In this document: positions 22,514 through 31,148 of the stretch, one piece after another
Position numbering within the stretch: position 1 is the first letter of the stretch
How the letters are laid out: the number at the start of each line of letters is the position of its first letter
From: Rhodospirillales bacterium
GTDB taxonomy: Bacteria; Pseudomonadota; Alphaproteobacteria; Bin95
Length of the DNA: 64,000 nucleotides
Direction: 5' to 3'
NCBI GenBank assembly: GCA_038143065.1
Contig: JAYQLI010000035.1
Span: 2,336,894 to 2,400,893 of the forward strand
Position numbers and translations under genes: made by a program
Notes under the pieces: generated by a model
Told to the model about the DNA's origin: nothing
The model's database searches: none
What the model saw: the letters and a program-made list of their open reading frames with translations, nothing else

Positions 22514-23281
22514 TTAACCTTTCTTATTTTTGGCTTTTGTCGCTTCTTGAGTGAGGATCGGTAAACTTTCAGTCATGGTGTGTATCCCTAGGGCGGCTAT
22601 CAGCTGCAGTATTTCCATTAATTCTTCTTGGCTTGCCCCATAACCGATCGCGTTTCTGATATGTAGACGCAGCCCTGGTTCATAGAGATGAGTTGTAGAT
22701 GCATCGATCGCTATATAGACGAATTCGCGGACCTTTGGCTCGAGCACGTTGGTTCGCCAAGGTGCGCCAGAGAAGTTTAAGTATGCCTCAAAGAACTCAG
22801 GAGCCATTGCCAGCATGTCCTCCTGTCTTTCGGACCAATATCCACGCACCTTAATATATTCATCTTTGATCTTTTGACGTCGTTCATCAATTTTGGGTCT
22901 ATTCAGCTTCCCAGCGGCTTGTAACTCTTCAATTAGTACAGGCATGCCGAGGCTACAGCTATGAATGCCAAGTACGCTGGTCATTGCTAGAACTTCAAAA
23001 ACTTCTTCTTCTGATGCGCCATGCCGAAGAGCATTCTGTATATGGACACGAGTACCCCTATTATAGAGGTGAGTCGTCGACGCATCTGCAGCAATGTACA
23101 TAAACTCTTTAACTTTTGGCTCTAATGTTCCGTGCTTCCAAGGAGCCGACGAAAAGTCAGTATATGCCTTAAAAAAGTCAGGGTTTAATCGAAGCATTTC
23201 CTCCCAGATGTCCATCCAGTAACCACGGTTTTTAATGAAATCATCCTTGATTGCCTGGCGGTGTGGGTCCAGAGAACTCAT
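22514..23281 (-). CDS. Tandem-domain carboxymuconolactone decarboxylase family protein
   Basis: Two internally repeated halves, each RGYW..P.FF.AY..FS.APW....LEPKV.EF.YIA.DASTTHLY..G.R.HI.NA...GAS. Confidence 0.85.
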   Translation of the reverse strand: MSSLDPHRQAIKDDFIKNRGYWMDIWEEMLRLNPDFFKAYTDFSSAPWKHGTLEPKVKEFMYIAADASTTHLYNRGTRVHIQNALRHGASEEEVFEVLAMTSVLGIHSCSLGMPVLIEELQAAGKLNRPKIDERRQKIKDEYIKVRGYWSERQEDMLAMAPEFFEAYLNFSGAPWRTNVLEPKVREFVYIAIDASTTHLYEPGLRLHIRNAIGYGASQEELMEILQLIAALGIHTMTESLPILTQEATKAKNKKG

Positions 23282-23413
23282 GTTCGGTCTCCTTATTAGT
23301 TCTGTTCTTCGACAAAATAATAATCTCAAGGGCTCATCGTGAGCTATCTGCCGATGTTGACAAGTGGTTCTCTGATCCGAACCCTTGATTGAAATCGCCA
23401 GCAGGAGCCTCTT

Positions 23414-25033
23414 ATGGCAGGAATCACATACGACTATGTTATTGTAGGTGCTGGAGCAGCTGGTTGTGTCTTGGCCAACCGCTTAAGCCAAGATGGGAAG
23501 GCGACGATATGTGTTTTAGAGGCGGGAAGGAATGATAAACATCCATTAATCCATATCCCCGCAGGCTTCGTTAAGACGCTCTATGGCGATCGTTTTATTT
23601 GGCGGTTTGAAACGGAAGAGGGTCCAGGTCTAGACGGACGTAAGGTAATGATGCCGCAAGGTAAGGTCGTTGGCGGCTCTTCATCTGTTAATGGAATGGT
23701 ATATAACCGCGGCCAGCGCGCCGACTTTGATCAGTGGGCCCAAATGGGCAACCGTGGTTGGGGTTTTGATGACCTGCTTCCATACTTCAATCGATCCGAG
23801 ACCCGCATTACATCAGACCAAGCAGAAAAACGTGGCGAAGCAGGAGAGTTACCAGTCACTGACCATGATTGGATTAATCCTCTTACTGAAGCGTTCTTCG
23901 ATGCCGCTACTGCATGCGGTGTCCCGAGGTCGAGGGACTACAATTCTGGATTTCAATTCGGATCAGGTTATTTCCAGCGCTATATTCACAATCGTCAGAG
24001 AGTAAGTTCAGCTAAGGCCTTTCTTAAGCCAGCGCTTAACCGTCCAAATGTTCGCCTTGAGACTCATGCCAACGCCATTGCAATTGAATTTCAGGGTAAG
24101 CGAGCGTCTGGTGTAAAATGGGTTAACCGCGCTGGCCAAGAACAGTTGATTCAGGCAGGGCGTGAGGTGATCTTATCTGCTGGCGCTGCCAATACGCCAA
24201 AGCTTCTTCAAATTTCGGGAGTTGGTGCACCAGGTCAATTGTCGGATATTGGTGTTTCAGTTCATCATTCTCTCGCTGGTGTTGGAGAGAACCTCCGAGA
24301 CCATTACACCGCCCGCATGACGGCGAGAGCAAAGAATGTCAAAACGATCAATGAATACGCTAGATGGCCACGTCTTCCGTTGGAGGTTGTAAAGTGGGCA
24401 GTTGGAAGGCCAAGCGTTCTTGCTCTCTCTCCAACTATCGCATTCGTTCACGGCAAGTCACACCCTCAAATGGAAGATGCGGATCTCCGTATATTATTTA
24501 CTCCGGGTAGTTATCAGGATGGCAAAGTTTACGTTCTAGATGAGTATCCGGGTTTGACGTGTGGAGCCGCCCAACCAAGGCCGGAAAGCACAGGTTTTGT
24601 GCGTGCTCGTTCGTCTGATCCTCAAGCACCCCCTATCATTCAACCTAATTATTTAACAGCAGAGGAAGATCAGAGGATAACGATAGCCGGTTTACGTCTC
24701 GCTCGAAAAATCCTTAATCGCCCAGAAATGTCTAAATATTTTGACTTTGAAACTTTGCCTGGAGCGGATGTGCAATCTGATGATGAGCTTCTTGATTTTG
24801 CTAAACGTAAGGGCAACACGGGGTACCATCTTGTAGGCACGGCAAAAATGGGTCCAGCAACAGATAGTCGTGCTGTCGTTGATGACCAGCTACGCGTCCA
24901 TGGGCTTCAGGCTTTACGCATCATCGATGCATCCGTGATGCCAATGTTGCCTTCGGCAAATACATTTGCTTCAACTATTGCAATTGCTGAAAAAGGGGCT
25001 GACCTGATACAGGGCAAGCTATCAGCCGAATAA
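23414..25033 (+). CDS. GMC family oxidoreductase (choline/alcohol dehydrogenase-like)
   Basis: DYVIVGAGAAGCVLANRLS, GGSSSVNGMVYNRG, YHLVGTAKMG and LRIIDASVMP. Confidence 0.93.
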   Translation: MAGITYDYVIVGAGAAGCVLANRLSQDGKATICVLEAGRNDKHPLIHIPAGFVKTLYGDRFIWRFETEEGPGLDGRKVMMPQGKVVGGSSSVNGMVYNRGQRADFDQWAQMGNRGWGFDDLLPYFNRSETRITSDQAEKRGEAGELPVTDHDWINPLTEAFFDAATACGVPRSRDYNSGFQFGSGYFQRYIHNRQRVSSAKAFLKPALNRPNVRLETHANAIAIEFQGKRASGVKWVNRAGQEQLIQAGREVILSAGAANTPKLLQISGVGAPGQLSDIGVSVHHSLAGVGENLRDHYTARMTARAKNVKTINEYARWPRLPLEVVKWAVGRPSVLALSPTIAFVHGKSHPQMEDADLRILFTPGSYQDGKVYVLDEYPGLTCGAAQPRPESTGFVRARSSDPQAPPIIQPNYLTAEEDQRITIAGLRLARKILNRPEMSKYFDFETLPGADVQSDDELLDFAKRKGNTGYHLVGTAKMGPATDSRAVVDDQLRVHGLQALRIIDASVMPMLPSANTFASTIAIAEKGADLIQGKLSAE

Positions 25034-26170
25034 GCCGGATTTCCGCAGGGCCTCAGGTTCTCCTTCAGGGAGCCAGTGTTTCAGAGCTTCGACTGAATTT
25101 TCAGGAGAAGGTGCCTTTGCCGCGGTAGGCATAGGAGATGAATGGTTACTAAAGCGGGGTGCAGGTGCAGGCTGCACTATACCGTCTACCTCAACGAAGG
25201 TTTTGCGACTAGCGAGATGAGGGTGATCTGGCGCTTCGTCCGGCCCTAATACTGGCGCAAAGCAGACATCCGTGCCCTCTAATTCTTCTTGCCATTGAGC
25301 GCGTGTTTTAGTCTTAAATATGACGCCTAAACGAGCCTTAACTTCGTCCCATGAAGACCTGTCCCACTGTTCTGGAAGGCTCGTAGGATTAATTCCTAAC
25401 CGTTCTAAAAGTTCAGTGTGAAATTTAGCTTCTATTGGGGCAAGTGATACCCATTTCCCGTCAGAGCATTCATAAACATCATAAAAATAGGCACCTGAGT
25501 CATTCATATTTTCTCCACGTTGATCAGTCATAAACCCTGAAGCAAAATGGCCAAAATAACTTGTCATCAGGGAGGCTGCTCCGTCCACCATTGCGGCGTC
25601 AACGACTTGACCTTTTCTGGTTTTTCCAGCTTCGAACAATGCGCACATAACACCGAATGCGAGATACATCGTCCCTCCACCAAAATCCCCAACCAAGTTA
25701 AGTGGAGGTGTTGGAGGTCCGCCCTTGCGGCCGATGGCGTGCAACACTCCAGCTAGAGCTATGTAATTCAGATCATGTCCAGCTGCATGCGCAATTGGTC
25801 CCTCCTGGCCCCATCCTGTCATTCGGCCAAAAACCAGCTTTGGGTTTCGGGCTAGACATACTTCAGGGCCAAGACCAAGGCGTTCCATAACCCCTGGTCT
25901 AAATCCCTCGATCACAGCATCCGCGGTATCGATTAAACGAAGTGCAATATCTACAGCGTTTTTTTGCTTAAGGTCTATTGCGATAGCCGGTCGGCTGCGC
26001 AGCAAAAGATCATATTTTCGCTCTTGGGGGGCTCCTAGGCCGCTAGGTTCTAAGCGATCGATTCTAATGACTTCAGCACCCAGATCAGCCAGCAACATTG
26101 CGCACATAGGTGCGGGTCCTATTCCAGCCATTTCTACAACTTTGAGGCCATTAAGTGGTCCGGAGGGCAT
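25022..26170 (-). CDS. CaiB/BaiF family protein, alpha-methylacyl-CoA racemase-like
   Basis: EMAGIGPAPMCAMLLADLGA, AGHDLNYI and NLVGDFGGG (His/Asp pair as in AMACR/Mcr). Confidence 0.9.
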   Translation of the reverse strand: MPSGPLNGLKVVEMAGIGPAPMCAMLLADLGAEVIRIDRLEPSGLGAPQERKYDLLLRSRPAIAIDLKQKNAVDIALRLIDTADAVIEGFRPGVMERLGLGPEVCLARNPKLVFGRMTGWGQEGPIAHAAGHDLNYIALAGVLHAIGRKGGPPTPPLNLVGDFGGGTMYLAFGVMCALFEAGKTRKGQVVDAAMVDGAASLMTSYFGHFASGFMTDQRGENMNDSGAYFYDVYECSDGKWVSLAPIEAKFHTELLERLGINPTSLPEQWDRSSWDEVKARLGVIFKTKTRAQWQEELEGTDVCFAPVLGPDEAPDHPHLASRKTFVEVDGIVQPAPAPRFSNHSSPMPTAAKAPSPENSVEALKHWLPEGEPEALRKSGLFG

Positions 26171-26175
26171 TAAAC

Positions 26176-26787
26176 TTATCCTTTTGGTAAAGGAGGGATG
26201 GGAATAGGGCAGACCCCGTTCGCATTGCCGTCTTCGACCTCCGCCAGAGTATCGGTATCTACATCTGTTAGGAAGGTGGCGTGGAAACGGTTCACCATAT
26301 TGCTAAGCCCAACAGTTAGGCAGAGATCTATGATTTGCTGGTCACTGAAATGCCGACTTAGATCGCCGTAGGTTTCGTCATCGATTGGAGCCATCGTAGT
26401 TGCTTTACGCGCATATCGCACAATCGCAGCCTCTTCAGGGGTATAAATGCCGGCTGGCAGAGGATCATCCAGTAGGTGTGTCATCTGTTCTTCCGTCAGT
26501 CCTAGCACCCGACCGAGCGCTGTGTGTGTCGGAATTCAGTAAAAGCAATTATTAACTGTGGTGGCTGTGAGGTATGCGAGCTCACCGTGGTGAGGCTCTA
26601 GCGTTGAGTCTTGCCGATAGACGGTTGTTAGAAAATTTGAGAATGCAACGAGAGCCTCCGGTCGATTAGCCATAGCCCGATGTATATTGATCATTCGGCC
26701 ACGAGCAGCACCCGCCTCCTGAAGTGCAGTACGAGCATTTGGATCAAGGTCAGGATCATTTTCATCTAAAATAGGGATGCGTGCCAT
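26176..26787 (-). CDS. AhpD/CMD-family protein, probable selenoprotein (in-frame UGA at 26536-26538 giving CxxU)
   Basis: ORFs 26536-26787 and 26176-26508 are in the same frame. Read-through gives ...TVNNCFY-U-IPTHTALGRVLGLTEEQ..., matching the AhpD CxxCxxxH motif; 203 aa in total. Confidence 0.8.
26504..26521 (-). promoter_or_regulatory. Candidate bacterial SECIS element
   Basis: mRNA UGA-AUUCCGACACACAC-AGCGCUC-GGUC-GGGUGCU: 7-bp stem (two G-U pairs), G-led apical loop starting 22 nt after the UGA. Confidence 0.6.
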
Positions 26788-26876
26788 TTTTACTCCTCAA
26801 GGTGGGTTAGGACAGTTCATGAATATCAGTATCGGGCTCATGAAGTTGAAAAGATTTTGGATTTACGGGTATTTTT

Positions 26877-28007
26877 TTATCCCTGTCCCAGAGTCTGTAG
26901 GCGCTCTAATGCATCTGCAAGTTCGGTTTGCATTTCTAGCATGACCTGGCGGACGCTCGTCTCCTGTTTCATTGACCCGACAACCTGTCCAGCTGGGAAG
27001 GAATATAGATCTGATCTTTCAGCTCGGATGACGCGAGCGGTAACTTCGTTAAACAGCACTCCTTGCAATGGAGGATCGAGATATTCTGGAGCGTCAGGAG
27101 CTTCCCATATCTCTGAAAGTCGGCTTTTTAACATTCTCACGGTTTTGCCAGTTCGACAGCGGCGTCGCACAGCATCTTCAGCCTCTGCCGCAAAATAAGC
27201 CTGTTTTTCGAACGGTGTTAGCTCGCTTTCTCGCGTGCCTAGCCAGACCGTTCCACACCAAACACCTTCAGCTCCCATAGCAAGGGCAGCAGCTATCTGA
27301 GATCCGCGAGCGAAGCCCCCCGCAGCTATCACGGGGATTTCATTCTTAACTGCATCGATGACATCTGGAACTAGAACTAGCGTTGATATTGCTCCGGTAT
27401 GGCCGCCAGCTTCTGTTCCCTGAGCAACGACGAAATCTACTCCAGCAGCACACTGTCTGCTTGCGTGTTTTGGTTTGCCACACATGGCGCCTATTACGAT
27501 CCCACGGTGTCGTAAATCTCTGACTACATCCTCAGGCGGTGCACCAAGTGCACTTACAACTACGCGAATTTTAGGGTGGTGTACTACGACATCTAGGAGC
27601 CGCCTTGCTCCTTCTGGTGTCATCCCACCACGACCGGAGGCTATTTCATCATGGACACGAGTTTTTTCTTCCTGCGGTAGTTCTGGAACGCCTTCTGCGT
27701 CCAAGAAATCTTTCATGAATGCCTTGTGGGTATCAGGAATGAGATCGTTCAGATCTTTCTTACCGAATGCAGCCTCCGCATCACGGTCATATTTTACAGG
27801 GATAATTACGTCGACACCGTATGGAAGGTCACCAACCTGTTCATCTATCCATGCAAGCTCAACTTCGAGTTGCTCGGGAGAGAAAGTTGATGCTCCAAGC
27901 ACACCAAAGCCTCCAGCTTTGGTTACCTCGGCAACAACATTGCGACAGTGAGAGAAGGCAAAAATGGGGCTCTGGAAGCCTAGGTGTTTTTGGAGACGGT
28001 TTTGCAT
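26877..28007 (-). CDS. Nitronate monooxygenase / FabK-like flavoprotein
   Basis: PIFAFSHCRNVVAEVTKAGGFGVLG, AQGTEAGGHTG and IAAGG..G.QIAAALAMGAEGVWCGT. Confidence 0.88.
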   Translation of the reverse strand: MQNRLQKHLGFQSPIFAFSHCRNVVAEVTKAGGFGVLGASTFSPEQLEVELAWIDEQVGDLPYGVDVIIPVKYDRDAEAAFGKKDLNDLIPDTHKAFMKDFLDAEGVPELPQEEKTRVHDEIASGRGGMTPEGARRLLDVVVHHPKIRVVVSALGAPPEDVVRDLRHRGIVIGAMCGKPKHASRQCAAGVDFVVAQGTEAGGHTGAISTLVLVPDVIDAVKNEIPVIAAGGFARGSQIAAALAMGAEGVWCGTVWLGTRESELTPFEKQAYFAAEAEDAVRRRCRTGKTVRMLKSRLSEIWEAPDAPEYLDPPLQGVLFNEVTARVIRAERSDLYSFPAGQVVGSMKQETSVRQVMLEMQTELADALERLQTLGQG

Positions 28008-28065
28008 TTTTATTCTTCCCGGTGAGCGGTAGTGCAACCTTATCTAACTATATTTTACAATAGTA

Positions 28066-30012
28066 CTAAGAGCGTCGAAGGTGGCTCAACTCCTCCACAG
28101 ATTCTGGATTAATTAACGAGCTTAAATCACCGGTCTCGAGGCCAAGGTATGCTGCTCTTACAACTCGCCGCATGATTTTCATATTTCGTGTTTTGGGAAG
28201 GTCTGAAACAAAAATAACTTCACTCGGTCGAAAGGGGCGTCCAAGCCCGCTAGCTACAACTTCCGCCAATTCTTCTTTCAGTGCATCGTTAGCGACAACA
28301 TTCGTTCGGACCTGGCATACGCAAACAATAGTCGTTCCCTTGACTGGATGCGGTGCGCCCACAGCTGCAGTTTCGACTAGCTTTTGTGTCCCCATCAAAA
28401 GTGCTTCGATTTCTGCGGGTCCGGTGCGTTTTCCAGCAATTTTTAAGGTATCGTCGGAGCGACCATGTACCATCCATGTGCCGTCTGATGCCCTACTTGC
28501 AAAATCGCCGTGCACCCACATTCCTGGAATAATATTCCAGTAGGTTTGTAGGTATCTTTCATTGTCATTCCAAAGGCCTCGCGTCAGTCCAATGGAGGGG
28601 CGTCGCATGACCAGTTCACCGACTTCGCCAGGACTGACTGGTTTACCAGACTCATCCACTACGTCGGCTCCGACTCCTGGCACTGGGCCTGAAAAAGCGC
28701 ATGGCTTGAGAGGATGAATAACTGTGGTAGCAACGATGCCTCCTACTTCAGTTCCTCCGGAATAATTGAGAATAGGTAGCTTTCCTTTCCCTACTGCATT
28801 GAAGAGCCAGAGCCATGAAGGTTCATCCCAAGCTTCGCCAGTAGAGGCAAAAATACGAAGGCTGGAGAGATCATGACGGTTCAGTTGTTCGGGTCCGTTT
28901 ACCATCAAGGTTCGCACGATGGTTGGAGCAATGCCAAGCCAAGAGACTTTGTGGTCGGCAATTAGTCTCCAGTATCGATCTGCTTCTGGGTAGTTGGGAG
29001 CACCCTCGATTAAAACTACTGTTCCGCCAAGCTGGAAGCCTCCGTAGACAAGAATTGGGCCAACAAGCCAGCCCATATCTGACATCCACATAAGTCTGTC
29101 ATCCGGCTTGAAATCCATACAAATGGATAGATCAAGGGCGAGCTTGGCGGGAAAGCCGCAATGACTATGCACAACACCTTTAGGCTTTCCTGTAGTCCCT
29201 GAAGTGTAAATGAGAAGAAAAGGGCTGTCGGCATCCACTTCCGCGGTTGCCACCTCGTCAGGCATGTCTCTCGTCAAGTCAGCCCACCAGTGGTCACGTC
29301 CCTCGGTCCAGTCGTGAGGTGCTTCCCAATGCTTTGTAACTATAACGTGCTGAAGGTTGGGCGCTTGATCTGCTATCTCATCTACAATTGCCTTAGCTGG
29401 AACAGCACGCCCTCTACGTGGAGAGCCATCAACCGTAATGATGGCTTTGGCTTTACTGTCATTCAGGCGGGCAAGCAGAGCGTCACCACCAAATCCGGAA
29501 AACATAGGGAGTACAATACCGCCAATCTTAGCGACGGCTAAAAGTGTTATTGCAGCTTCCGGTATATTTGGAAGATACATTGCGATCACGTCACCAGATC
29601 CCAGGCCAAGCTTGCGAAGACCCCCAGCAAGGTGATTTGTCTGTGTTCGCACCTCAGCGTACGTTAACTGCTTTGTGGTCCCGTCTTCTCCTTCCCAATC
29701 GATCGCTATCTTTCTGTCGGTTGGCGTATTTTTCCATTTATCAAGACAGTTGAGCGCTACGTTAGTGGTTCCGCCCTTACACCATTGAGCAAATGCGGGC
29801 CCCATAGTTTCATCAACAATTTGATCCGGGTACTTGAAGAAACGAAGATCTATAAAATCGAAAAGCTTTTGATGAAATTCTTCGGGGTTTTCATCCGACC
29901 AGGAAACAAGACTTTTGTAATCAGCTACACTGCACTTTCGAATGAATGCAGTCAGATTGGCGTTGTCTATTAAATCTTTCGAAGGGCTCCATACGAACTC
30001 ATCGCCATTCAT
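28066..30012 (-). CDS. AMP-forming acyl-CoA synthetase (acetate/propionate-CoA ligase-like)
   Basis: YTSGTTGKPKG, NYSGGTE, HGD..GRSDDTLKIAGKR and LPKTRNMKIMRR. Confidence 0.92.
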   Translation of the reverse strand: MNGDEFVWSPSKDLIDNANLTAFIRKCSVADYKSLVSWSDENPEEFHQKLFDFIDLRFFKYPDQIVDETMGPAFAQWCKGGTTNVALNCLDKWKNTPTDRKIAIDWEGEDGTTKQLTYAEVRTQTNHLAGGLRKLGLGSGDVIAMYLPNIPEAAITLLAVAKIGGIVLPMFSGFGGDALLARLNDSKAKAIITVDGSPRRGRAVPAKAIVDEIADQAPNLQHVIVTKHWEAPHDWTEGRDHWWADLTRDMPDEVATAEVDADSPFLLIYTSGTTGKPKGVVHSHCGFPAKLALDLSICMDFKPDDRLMWMSDMGWLVGPILVYGGFQLGGTVVLIEGAPNYPEADRYWRLIADHKVSWLGIAPTIVRTLMVNGPEQLNRHDLSSLRIFASTGEAWDEPSWLWLFNAVGKGKLPILNYSGGTEVGGIVATTVIHPLKPCAFSGPVPGVGADVVDESGKPVSPGEVGELVMRRPSIGLTRGLWNDNERYLQTYWNIIPGMWVHGDFASRASDGTWMVHGRSDDTLKIAGKRTGPAEIEALLMGTQKLVETAAVGAPHPVKGTTIVCVCQVRTNVVANDALKEELAEVVASGLGRPFRPSEVIFVSDLPKTRNMKIMRRVVRAAYLGLETGDLSSLINPESVEELSHLRRS

Positions 30013-30034
30013 GCAGAACCCTCCTGAAGATAAT

Positions 30035-30472
30035 TCAGTCTCGCGTTGGCACGTCAGGTACCCAGAGATATCCATCTGGGTCGAGAATATATACTTCGCG
30101 CAGTCCGTGTTTTTTGTCTATTGCGCCAGTAAGGATCCGATCTCCGCGCATACGGGCACATCTCTCCGCTTCATCAGGGTCTAGGCCATGTATTCGGAGT
30201 TCAATCCCTGAGCCACGGGAGCCGTCGGAGTTAAGACAATTTATCAACGGATGCTTTTCATAGGTATGGTCGGCATGAAGCATCCACTCCATATCTTGGC
30301 GCCGTAGCACCGCAAAATCGGGATCCGCGTATAATACCTCAGCCTGGAGGACGGATTTAGCGAATTCAACAGAGACGGCGATTTCTTTCACCAACAGATT
30401 AATGCCAAAGCCCTGTAATGCTCGCCCATACTCGCTTGCGGGTATCCATGGATCACCCACTCGCTTCTTCAT
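30035..30472 (-). CDS. VOC/glyoxalase family protein
   Basis: GINLLV..WMLHADHTY..GIELR..HGLREVYILDPDGYLWVP. Confidence 0.8.
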   Translation of the reverse strand: MKKRVGDPWIPASEYGRALQGFGINLLVKEIAVSVEFAKSVLQAEVLYADPDFAVLRRQDMEWMLHADHTYEKHPLINCLNSDGSRGSGIELRIHGLDPDEAERCARMRGDRILTGAIDKKHGLREVYILDPDGYLWVPDVPTRD

Positions 30473-31143
30473 TTTGGTTGATGCCTTCCATCCTTTGTAG
30501 GCGTTCCTGTTATTCTTATACCGGCGCCCGCAATTCCATATCGACGATTTATTTGAATGATAAGTGAGGTTAGGGCCTCTGCTGCGGCCGAATTGGCAAG
30601 GGGGCCGGCGTGCCATCCACGCATCCCAGCGTCTTCTACTAGGTCAATAACCGTCTGGCGTGCTGCAACTTTGTCTCCGGCAACCAAGACATCACACTCA
30701 AGGTCAATATCTGATTTTAGTTTCTCTGCAGCCACATTCTGAAAGGCTGAAACAACAGTGACATCCTCTCCAAGTGCTTTCTGAGCATTCACCGCAGCCG
30801 AGCCACCTTCTGGTAATTGCACCGTGCCAACCTTTGGCGGCATTAAGGGGACGGTCGCATCAATCAATATCTTACCAGAGAGCTGGCTTTTTACAGCTTC
30901 AAGTGTAGCAAGCTGATTAGAATAAGGGACTGTTATGGCAACTATATCGGCTTTTGCAGCAGCTGCAGTGTTTTCCAAACCTTCAACACCAAAACTTGAA
31001 AGATCAGCAGCTGCTATTTCAGCTTTCTCAGCTGTACGCGAGCCTATTACAACTTTATGTCCCGCCTTTGCCCAACGGCGAGCAAGTCCGGTTCCGAGAT
31101 CGCCTGTGCCGCCAAGAATTGCGATCGTTAAAGAACTAGTCAT
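30469..31143 (-). CDS. npdG: NADPH-dependent F420 reductase (F420H2:NADP+ oxidoreductase)
   Basis: IAILGGTGDLGTGLARRWAKAGH..IGSR, DATVPL, GSAA, VSAFQNVAA and GPLANS..AEALT. Confidence 0.88.
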   Translation of the reverse strand: MTSSLTIAILGGTGDLGTGLARRWAKAGHKVVIGSRTAEKAEIAAADLSSFGVEGLENTAAAAKADIVAITVPYSNQLATLEAVKSQLSGKILIDATVPLMPPKVGTVQLPEGGSAAVNAQKALGEDVTVVSAFQNVAAEKLKSDIDLECDVLVAGDKVAARQTVIDLVEDAGMRGWHAGPLANSAAAEALTSLIIQINRRYGIAGAGIRITGTPTKDGRHQPK

Positions 31144-31148
31144 GAGAG

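Noticed and set aside
23414-25033. Calling the GMC enzyme betA and linking it with sox/gcv as a choline-to-glycine pathway
   Set aside because: Only family-level motifs are visible, with no betB/betI or dimethylglycine dehydrogenase nearby, so the substrate cannot be assigned.
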